64,000 nt of DNA. Origin: Balanoglossus misakiensis (Eukaryota > Animalia > Hemichordata). Of the stretch, positions 53,401 to 64,000 are shown in pieces. Both the position numbers and the translations under genes were made by a program. The number at the start of each line of letters is the position of its first letter. Positions within the stretch are counted from its first letter, which is position 1. Location of the stretch: NCBI GenBank assembly GCA_040954595.2, contig CM082582.2, positions 4,758,303-4,822,302 on the forward strand, given 5' to 3'. The notes under the pieces were generated by a model. It saw nothing but the letters and a program-made list of their open reading frames with translations, did not search any database and was not told the origin of the DNA.

Positions 53401-55899
53401 AGTACAATGCGTTGCATAATATGACATGTAATAAGCTGCTTATAAGGTTTTTGAATTAAGAACAGCTTAGAAAAGGTGTATTTCAGGTATTTGAAATAGT
53501 TGTGGGGTTTGATCATGCACGGAGGTCAAAAGACATACATAGTGAAAATTTTGGATTGGAAAATTTCACTTTAACAGAAGGGATGCATATACATACACAT
53601 GACCAAAATGATGATTTCAACTGCACTTGTACATCATAGTGAATAGCATATGTCATACATGCATGTGTGTATCTTACAAGGGTAACATATTCAGTTGTGT
53701 GTGTATATAGACCAAGGACGTGTTCCTCTTTGAGTGACATCTGCTGACACAAGTCAACCACGTATCATACTGAACATTGATACCTATTTAATATATATTT
53801 TCCAAAATTGTCCTCTGATTGAAAATTTTCTTGGTGAGGCCTCGTCCAATGATGTCATCCCCAACTATGTCCATTTCTTGTCATAGAATTGTATTTACAT
53901 GTGCTTCTTTTGGAAGTCTCACTACCTGAAATATAATCGCTTGTCGGTAATTATCCCAAGATGTACACAAGAGATCATCACAAAGGGTTGACTCGATGTT
54001 CAATATCGCACAAATCTACAACTATGAAATTGTGCAACTGAAATGATTTCGACTTGACAGGTGAAGTGTTTTTTTTCAATGAAAAGAATGAAACAAGCAC
54101 ATCTAATTCTTTATGTATAGAATGCTAAATTTAGACACACCAGTAGCTAAATCACCTGATATACAGATACTGTAACTGTCAGCCACATTGATTATATTAA
54201 TAAAAAGAAAATTTCTTTGTCCAAAATACATGAGAATATAAATTAAAAAGAATTACACTTTGCCCCCCCCCCCCCCCCCCCCTCCCCATTACCAAGTGAT
54301 ATGCCGTTTCAGGTGGTGAGATTTCAACAGGCAGAAAACCAGCTTTATTACCATTTCACCATAAAGTACATGTGTCAGTAACAGATCTTTTATTACAGTA
54401 CCAAGACATTTCAGAAGAAATATCCCAAGAGTTAAAAAAAAAAAACAGAATTCCATCCATTTACATAATGTAGTGTTTTGTCAAACTTGTCATTCTCAAA
54501 TATAGTACTTTCTTACCTGGAACTTGTACCGCAATTCAGTGGCCTTAAATTGCATTAAATCAGAATGCTAGATTAGATATAGATAAGGACTCTTGTGTTT
54601 TTTATTTGCCATCTTCTGTGACCTCAGCATGACCTCAGATTCTGCTACACAATTGCCAGGATTGGCACTTTCATCATCCCAGTGTCTTTTTCTTGATGGC
54701 TATTCTTTTTTGTTCTGAGAAGTTTTAATTATTAAAGTGAGCAATTCAATGCAAACATTTTTAGCATACTATTATTTGAGGTTATTTACCAAACAAATGG
54801 ACTCATGGCAACAAAAATGCCAGGAATTGAGATCATGCGTGGCAAGGGTCGTGTAAAAGCCCGGGGTCCAAAGACAAGACAACATGTTTTTTTAGTCTGA
54901 AGGCACACGTACCATGCCCACCTGTTGATATGTTACATATGTCAATACAAGGGGTATGTTGAGAATCTTTCGAAGTTGCCTCAGGTCAATGACCTTGCAA
55001 TAGATCTTGTGAAGAGCCTCAGACTATAACAGAGTGAGCTGAGGTAAACTTCGAAGTGGCCCTTTCACCGATTTCACGGCTTCTGTTGTTCTCTAGGATA
55101 TTTCCGTGCAGACCACCGAAACCCAACGTATGCATGTATGTCAATCATGGCATATTGCTGTCACGTTGTAAGACAAAAATATACTGCTCTATTTTAAACT
55201 CTTAAAGCTGATACTCAGATCCGTAATATATATAGGCCTATATATATTAATAATTAAAACGTTCATTTTGCCTGCATGGTGATTTCTACAAAGTACGATC
55301 ACATACATCAAAAGCCCCCACTGTCTATTGCAAGTCGCATACATAGAAACACTTATTGACCGCAGCCTGGTCAATTTGTTCACTTGGTGCGGTATTTGTC
55401 TGGTCTAGGCAATGCGCTGCTCGGCGCCGTGCGCTGCTCTAAATGCAGGTCACGTAATATTTTTAAATTAAGAAAATCCAGACGCATTCGAGGATGAAAT
55501 TGCGTTTTGAATTCTCATGATAGCGGAAGGCTGAGAAAAAGCGATTAGTCGTTATGCAATAGTGTTAGTGTGTAGACTTGGAATAGGCTTGTTAATTTAA
55601 TTTTAATTGTTTGCTTGTCTTATAATAACGAGCATGCCTTATAAAAATGGCATCTTATAATTTTAGGGCTTCTGTTTCGAATCTCGCCTGTGAAGTAGAC
55701 GGTATATCGCCCGTGAAACATGTGAAAGACGTTTGTTTTGCTAACATTGTTTTATTCAAGCAGTCATCCCTGTGTAGTAATCCTATTCAACCACCGTAAA
55801 AGAGGTTTATTCTATTTATTAAAACTCGGCGAAAATGTGTCGGCAACTTTGGAAGAAATCGGCCAAATTCCCTTCAACTTCTCGAATTCCGTCGGCGTC

Positions 55900-56401
55900 A
55901 GCAAAAAAACGTCATTCAGTTTAGCCTACATGGTGATTGATTGATTGATTGGCCAGCGTGTGATTTCCTCCTATTCGCTTTATTACGGCAGCGAAGTCTG
56001 CAGTCGACGTACACGATACAGTATTGAACGTTGCCTATTGAAGCCACACAATACAGCCCTGACTACCGTTGCTTGGGCCCCGGCTTGGTCATTTGCATAT
56101 CAGCGAATAGGTGCACAAGGTGACACCATACAGAGACACACGTCGTCGTCGGAGCTCACTTAAAACTCCACTGGGATCAGTGTTTTTATCCCGCGGTTTA
56201 GAGAGCAGTCGACCGTCTCAAACCGAACGAACTGGCGCGGAAGCTCAGGGAGAAAGCCAGCTGAGGACTAACTGCTCCGCGAAGTTCAAAGTTGCGGTGA
56301 ATTTGAGAAATTGTTGGTAGATCTCGAAGACTGAGCGGTCTATAAGTGTGTTGACATCGACAATAATTGTGTGCGGGAGACTTTAATTGCAAAGAGCCGT
56401 C
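55900..56401 (+). promoter_or_regulatory. Putative promoter/5'UTR of the CARD-domain gene
   Basis: CpG-rich stretch with an inverted CCAAT (GATTGG, ~55947) and an octamer ATTTGCAT (56091-56098), upstream of a Kozak-like GCCGTCATGG at 56402. Confidence 0.4.
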
Positions 56402-59400
56402 ATGGCTCCGGGCAGTGTTACCTTACCTGGAAGCGATAAACGTGAGTATACCATTATGCGAGGAAAACATACCTATCAGTTATATTAATACGGCATTACT
56501 ATAATCCTAAGCCAACTTGTTGTGAAATGTACCCTGGTATACGACGCGGCTTGGTTTGTTATGAAATGAATGTAGTGGCAATACAATGAGTATACCGGTG
56601 TCAGAGTCGAAGGGTCATTTTGGTTTACGTTATAATTGGCAACAAATGTGCGCTATAGGCTAAGCCACAAAGACATTAAGTTTAATTTTCCGATGACCGT
56701 TTCGGTGTCTATTTATGGCAAGAACAGTGGTATACAGAAAGCACAGTCCAGGCATTTTATACTTAGGCCTAGCATGCCGATACGCACGAAAGCTATGACA
56801 CTCACAGCACACGGAAACTTTGCCACAATACTATACGGGTCGTGGCATCAGGACCTTGGTTACCTGGCCCACTCATGGACATTGATCTTAGCGTATAGAT
56901 AAGGGTTAAATCGTTTGACTTTTATGACAGAAAGTAAACGCTAAGTATACACATTGGCGACTTGACTACACAGCCATAAAATCAACGACACACTATAGCT
57001 GCAATACCTTTCAGATCAATGTAAATTGAAACCTATACGTTAGTAAAGTCCGCAAGAATCCCCATAGACACGCGTTAATATAATACACCCAGTTTCTTAT
57101 CTATTTTGAAATAACGAATGACGCCAACATCACTATAAAACGACCATTTTATCAATTCATCCATATATTAATTCCGCCATCTTTATCTGTGTGACACATG
57201 CACGTATACAAGATGACACCTGTTACCATCGTTACCACCTGTTATAATTAATTGGATTCCATAATTCACTTGACACTATATCGACATTAATTAAGTAGAA
57301 TTTTCTGATAAATTATATGCAATCTAAAATTATATTTCTCCATTCCAGTTCTTTAGAGCCATGTGCGTTAATTTTATATTTAGGCGTGTATTTATTTATT
57401 TGTATAATATTTATTTGTACATGTGTCTAGCGACCTTGTGCTTGTCATACAGAAATCCTGTATCATATACATGTAGACCAAACTTGAAACAATCACAGGG
57501 CTACTGTCGTTGCGCATACTCCACGTCTATAGTAACGCTGTAACACCATATGGACGACTAAGCCTTAACCAAACAGTTTAGCCAAGATCGATTTTAATTT
57601 ACGTGTCTACATCTGTATCCGTCTCAAATCACATTGCAACGTGGTTCCCGTGTACATGGATATTTCTATTGCCAACGAATATGTGCGATTCTGACGATTC
57701 AATACCGCAGCGATTGCGGCATTACGGAAGTCCCGGGTCAAATTATGAGAACATCACTATTCCCCGTGGGAAAACATGGCATTTTGGAAATGAATAATGC
57801 AAAAAATATATATTCGAAGAAATCAAGTCTCGTGTGACGGTCAAACGACGAGAAAGGTTGACTAGAAGATATAGCCTACATGTTAAACTATGTCGTATTT
57901 ATCGGATAACAAATATCACAAATGCAGGATTTCAATTTATTTCCTCAGTATGACATAACCAATTCATCTCTTTCTATCTCCGTGATCTGTGCATTATCTC
58001 ACCTCGCTATCAACGTTTCGAATGTACCCTATAATCCACTGCCAATCATCCATCCCTACTGATATAACATTTATTTTTCACCCTCCCTATTTTCTCTGGT
58101 AATATCTAATATTCCGTTTATTTATTGGTTTCCAAAGCAACTGAAGATCGCCCACGGCAAAAAATCCGCGTTTTTTTCGCGCGATTGTCGCGTATTGATC
58201 TCACAGAGAGACGCAAAGGCCTTCGACATTCAAAATGGAAAATCCAATTTGACGCATGTTGACGCGCGGAATACAGCGTCTTTACCAAGCTACCTTCCTA
58301 CATATAGACATGTTTCGTTTACAAGATGTTCATTGGGCGAAAAACATAGGCCTACACTATATTTAATCATCCTGTGTGTCTTCTTATGCAGTAGACTCAC
58401 AGAAGAAAAGAATTAACACCATTTTTTTATATATATGAAACATATATACATATACTGTGTAGAACATTTCAACAAAATGCGTTTCTATATATACCATTAT
58501 GTCAATACATGTACATTTACAATATGGTTCACATTCATGTAAGTGATCGATATTCAAATGGGTTTCTAACAAGAATTAATAATGAGGGTTTTGAACAGCG
58601 CCATAAATTTAATTAATGAATTTTATTAATCAAACATTAGTATTATTGCGAATAATTTCTATGTGCCATTGTTATCATAATTATACTTAAGTATGTTTGT
58701 TGCTTTATTGTAATTAGCCTCTAATCTGATAACCCACCGTTTAAAATCCCACACTGCAATAATGACACGATAATTGATTCTTTCAGTTTCAGAACAGTAT
58801 TGTCTTATTCAAGTTTGCCAATTGGACATCACAACACGTAGTGTTTTTTCCACACAATAAGTTCTCGTCGTTAAATCTTGTAAATCTTGAACAAAGAGAT
58901 TGACATGACCATGACTGAAGCGAAGCGTTGTCTTAAAGTTTTATGGTTTATCGATAAACATCGCCATTTAAAATTTATTCTAGCAGGGGCGCCAGCAGTA
59001 CACGACAATAACACCTTTTAAAGAGACAAATCGATTTAAACGTCCTTTTAAAAAATTTACAACGGCTATATAATTTACGTGTGACTTATAATAGCTCACT
59101 TGTCACTATTATTACATGAAACAATCAATCATAACGGGTAAATATCACAATAAACCACCAATAAAACACCTTTGCTGGTCTATAAAACATTGATTCTCCA
59201 GGAAACACAATTTTCGCGCTCAGACAAATGAGAGATATTGGTGATTGTTGAATATCAGAATTGTGGCTAGGAAAGTCAATTATGAATAGGTTTACCATGG
59301 CAACAACGGCGTTATTCATTATTTATTACAGACACAACACCGGCATTAAGGTAACATGAATGTCTCTCGTCCCTCATCATCTTAGTAATGACATGTACTA

Positions 59401-62400
59401 TGTTATGCTGTCAATGACAGTGCACGCGTTGAAATATTCTGTCCGATTTTTATGTTTCGATATTTTACTCAGGGCAGCTACCATTGCACAAACTAAATAA
59501 AACAATGAAAAGTGCGTCTGGGTATCCATTTAGTTAAAGATTTCAATAAAAATGAAGAGAGAGACGTGTAGATTTGATCTCTCAGTCTCGGGTGAACTTT
59601 GTACGTAAGAGTGACGGCATGCTTTGATGCTATCGTCATCGTCTAGTCTACGGATGCCCATACTTTAATTTCATTATAAGATTCTGCGACATAGGTTGTT
59701 CCTTTTCATCATATTTTAAAACTTCAGAGATAATCTGGAATCTTTTACTCGATGGCGTCTCCCATAAATCACAGTGATTTGAGCAAAGTGAACCTCTGTA
59801 ATAATGAATTCATTGGACTGTATAAGAGACAAACCTTAGATATTTAGATATTTTATGCAGGTGAGACGTTCGTCGCCAGCCACGGCCGACATGATGTATG
59901 TGTGAACAATCATATTTAGTCGTGGTCGAAGTTCGTGACACCAATCTAAAATAATGACAGCCGTATCTAAAACAAAGTAAACAACTAAACAGTACTCTTT
60001 TGAAACAAGTTCACATTTTTGTGGATCAGTCGAGTTTCTTGGGTTACAATGCGATCGGGGACTTGACTCTGTGGGAGTGATTCTATGTATTTACAGGGTA
60101 TGGTGACAGGCAAAATGACTGACTATATCAGCGAGAATCGAAGTAGGGCCTATACTTAACGATGTTGTCTGAAATCACATCTGAACTTCATAATATTTCA
60201 CGCCCATTTAAAGACAAATATAGTCTCCATTATAGTACATATGTGCGGCATGCATAGCTGCGATGATCAAAATGTACAAAGTTGTTATTAGTTTTTCTCA
60301 CATAAATCACCGTCGTAGTCCATACTATCACATTCTGCGTTCATATTCACAACTTTATTTTTTTGTTATGTCGCCTCAAAAACAGTATGTAGCGTTTGAC
60401 GACCGATTTACAGGACATAACACTATTGGATTTTGGGTAATAACATACGGATGAAATGTGTAAAGTGTGTATTCGTTGTATTTGAGCTAAAGGGCATACA
60501 AAACAAAACGATAAATTACGTTTTATAGTACAAGTACTCTACCGAGGTTGTTTTTACAAATTCAGCATCTGCATGCAGGGAGAACTACTGATCGCGTCTA
60601 TTCCACTGACGTGTAAACGGTAAAACGAAAAATACGTCTTGGCGGTCAGTCAGCAGATCCCAGCATGCACTTCATAATGTTTACGTGTATGTGATAAACT
60701 ACTGTCCCCCACACCTATTGCTTTGAAAAGCCCAAACAGCTTCGAAAACCGTTAATTCTTGATCATGAAGCTCAAGGCCCCCATATGCTTTGGAATTTCT
60801 TTGGACGATAAAAAGCGGATAGGTCACATATATTCAATCACGGTGCAGGCCACGGTCAGTCCATTTGTTGAATGGCGGTGATCCAAATCATTGATTACGC
60901 TCACTTTGTTATCTGTTTCACAACAGAGTTTCATACACTCAATACTCCATGGGTCTCGGAAATAAAATGTGACTCAAATTGCACGAAGGACATTTACCAA
61001 ATCGTCGTATTATATGACAATTGAAATTTAGCCTTACGTGCAGACGATACCCAGATCACATACTCATTACGTGTCCCTGTTTTGATCTGGAGTTTGTGCT
61101 TGTTTAAATTTATACGTATCAGTGAACGATATCATTCTGCATGCGGATCTTCTAATCTAATCATTGAGGTCCGTTTGTCCAGTTTTGGCGTGGTTTCGAC
61201 GTCGACAGATCGCACAGCTATATCGTATCGTAAAATCTGCGTTACTAAGTTCTATATATGCTTATATCGGTTTAACTTTAAAGTAGACGCAAACATGTAT
61301 TTCACAAATAACTTAGCTGCCCCATCAATAGCGTGGCTGGTTTCATTTGCAGTGTTCATAAATGTTGACAGGCATGGATGTATATGGCCTCTTGTTAAAT
61401 GTGCAAACATCGTAATCGCTATCGGACCATTGTCAGATTTGCTTTTGCAATCAGCAATCACATGAGTGACCACTTCGGAAACCGTGTTGTAAGGGTGATA
61501 GGATTTTATGGAGTTCCAGATGGTTTAGTATGTGTCGACAGATAATGTGTTCTAATAATTTGCAGCATACACATGTTAGTGAGATGTGTTTGTTTCCACG
61601 AACATTTCCCCTGTCTTTAAAAAAGGAAACAAACACATCTCACTAACATGTGTATGCTGCAAATTATTAGAACACATTATCTGTCGACACATACTAAACC
61701 ATCTGGAACTCCATAAAATCTGATCACCCTTACAACACGGTTTCCGAAGTGGTCACTCATGTGAAAGCCAACTAGTAATCACCATGCATGATATCATATC
61801 AACCTTCGACAAAAAAGTACAAACAGACCTGGCTATTCTAGACTTCAGTAAGGCGTTCGACACAGTACCTCACAGAAAATTGCTACACAAGCTGGACCAT
61901 TATGGAATAAGAGGAAACATTCAGAAGTGGATTTCATCATTCTTGACAAATCGAACACAACAAGTCGTCATTGAGGGTCAAACATCAAATTCCTGCAAAG
62001 TAGATTCTGGAGTACCACAGGGGACAGTACTAGGACCACTCCTGTTCCTATGCCACATCAATGACCTCCCCAAATGTGTATTATCACAAGTCAGACTCTT
62101 TGCGGATGACTGCCTACTCTACAGACCTATCAAAACACCGGATGACCAGCTAAAACTACAACAGGATCTTACATCTCTCGAAAACTGGGCTGAAAAGTGG
62201 GGAATGAGATTTAATGCAACCAAATGTTAACTAATGTCCATAACCAGAAGTAAATCTCCACTTCAACACAAATATCTTCTGAATGACCATGTACTGGAAA
62301 ATGTCACTGACAACCCTTACTTAGGTATCACCATCAGCAGTAATCTTAAATGGACCAACCACATCAACAAAGTAAGCAACAAGGCATCATCAACACTTGG

Positions 62401-63844
62401 TTTCATCAGGAGAAATCTTCGTCATTGTCACCCCACTTTGAAGCAAATAGCATATACATCTCTTGTTCGCTCTGTCATGGACTATGCCTCTGTAGTATGG
62501 GACCCCTACCTTATTAAGGACATCACTAAACTGGAAAATATACAAAGACGAGCTGCACGTTTCATAAAAAATGACTACAGTAGGGAAAGCAGTGTCACCG
62601 CCATGTTAAAAGATCTTAATTTAATACCACTATCTGATCGCAGGAGAGACCAGCGGCTTCATCTTATGTACAAAATCGTAAATAACCAAATCGCAATTCC
62701 AGCCGAAAGTCATATTAAATTCAACCCACGTACGTCCAGGAATTCTCACTCAAGACCCCTGTTCATACAAATGTGCAAGACAGATACTTACAAACACTCC
62801 TTCATTCCGCGAACCATTACTGACTGGAACCACTTACCTGATAACATTGTAACTAGCACAAACCTAGAGCATTTTAAAACGGGTCTTTCAGGAATAACTA
62901 GTCATCACGACTAAATTCACCTTGCGCACCTGCAGGATTACTGCTCAATTTCTGAGTTACTCTGCAGTATTATACAGATACAGATAGGTATTCATGAACG
63001 ACCAAACTTGATACCAAAATTTTGCAGTATGTCGTGATTGGCAGATTATTTGGAGCAGGACCTAAATGATAAGAAAAATTGAACGACTCATTTTATATGC
63101 CAATTCAAACTCAACGAATGGTTAAGTGAACATAGGTCACGTTGCTATGTCCTGTCCAGTTATCATCTTGATAGTGGAAGCTCTCCATTTTGGTGATCGT
63201 ACTTATTCGAGCCTTTAAATAATCTGTTCTATTGAAAAGGTTGCCAAGAATAATTTGCCGAGAGATTAATGTAACAGTAGTATAGCCTGGCAGTTGCCCA
63301 TCAACTAATTTTCCGTTTTTCTTTGTATGTCGGAAATTCTGTAAGATAGGGTTCTGGGAAAGCGTTGTACATTACCGTGGTTGCTTTGAGATATTTTGCA
63401 AGGCTCTCATAAATTTAATTGACATACATCATTTGAAACGCAACAGCATGTCTGTCTGTTTGTTTTTGCTTGCTTGCAATTGCTTGCCTGTTTATTTACA
63501 TGTATTTATTTGTTGTTTGTTTATACTTCTTATTTATCCACGTTTTTTGTTTCCAGTAACTCCTGAAAAATGTAAACAACTACTTCAGCACTACAAAACA
63601 GCGCTAGCATGCAACATGGGTCCGAGATCAACTCTCTACTATCTATTCCAAGAGAGAGTCTTCACGAAGGAAACCATCGAGGACATCAGGAAAAAGGGGA
63701 AAGGGGACCAATATGAAACCAACAGCGAAATAATCGAACAACTGATGTTGAAGGGAGTCCGAGAGTTCGAAGTACTCATCAAAATTTTACGCAAATTACA
63801 AATCAATTTATTGGCTGACATACTCGAAGAACAGAGGACGTCAG
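56402..63844 (+). CDS. CARD (death-fold) domain protein, 5' part; continues beyond the window
   Basis: Exon 63557-63844 (TTTCCAG| ... G|GTGAGA, phase 1-1, 288 nt) encodes TPEKCKQLLQHYKTALACNMGPRSTLYYLFQERVFTKETIEDIRKK...NSEIIEQLMLKGVREFEVLIKILRKLQINLLADILEE, which has a six-helix CARD pattern. Candidate first exon 56402-56441 (MAPGSVTLPGSDK, C|GTGAGT) is phase-compatible but tentative. Confidence 0.75.
61458..61764. repeat. 140-bp inverted repeat (foldback) at the LINE 5' junction
   Basis: 61458-61597 is the reverse complement of 61625-61764 with 2 mismatches; the loop is 27 nt (61598-61624). Confidence 0.95.
61458..62986 (+). mobile_element. 5'-truncated, inactive non-LTR retrotransposon (CR1/RTEX-like LINE), RT domain plus C-terminus
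   Basis: Motifs ISPVFKKG, ISLTCVCCKLLEHII, QHGFRSGHSC, LDFSKAFDTVPH, SGVPQGTVLGPLLF, RLFADD, WGMRFNATKC, QRRAARFI, SFIPRTITDWNHL. Premature stops at 61721 (TGA) and 62228 (TAA). 3' tail TACAGATACAGATA. Confidence 0.93.
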
Positions 63845-64000
63845 GTGAGAATGGCTGCAGAGTGCGCATGCGTGAATCAACCCCCTAAATTATAATGTCG
63901 AGAGGAAATTTATAGTATATGCAATGACACCCCAGGTAATCCACGAGATATCAATGTCAAAAGTTTAAGGTCAAGTACAGATAACATTCCCCGACCCTAA

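Noticed and set aside
54969-55055. Imperfect 20-bp inverted repeat (TTCGAAGTTGCCTCAGGTCA)
   Set aside because: Short, mismatched, with no TSD; insufficient to call an element.
1-64000. CRISPR arrays, prokaryotic operons, tRNA or rRNA genes
   Set aside because: The sequence is intron-containing animal DNA; the repeats lack a repeat-spacer structure, and no tRNA or rRNA signatures were recognised.

Overview
Eukaryotic (animal) genomic DNA: AT-rich, GT-AG spliceosomal introns, many MITEs. The gene set and repeat style suggest a marine invertebrate such as a hemichordate, lancelet or similar; this is an inference, not established. From left to right: (1) the last three exons of a PARP14/10-like mono-ADP-ribosyltransferase (+) with a ~440-bp foldback just after its stop; (2) a TE-rich spacer with a TA-flanked MITE and an AT-hook-bearing pogo/Tigger DNA-binding ORF that lacks its DDE domain; (3) two tandem 4-exon PKDCC/VLK-like secretory-pathway kinase paralogs (-); (4) an 11-exon SLC28/CNT-family transporter (-); (5) a head-to-head 18-exon KIFC3-like kinesin-14 (+); (6) the first exons of a CARD-domain gene (+), whose first intron holds a 5'-truncated LINE with a 140-bp foldback at its 5' end. 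The strongest novelty candidate is the SLC28 gene: its ORF is intact, but most canonical nucleoside-binding motifs are replaced (NEFVAY to SVLVSY, GFANxxS to GLSHxxG, NIFVGQTE to SIFLSMSE), which suggests a different substrate. Exon boundaries were read by eye and may be off by a few bases. Comparisons to reference proteins are from recalled family motifs; no database search was run.
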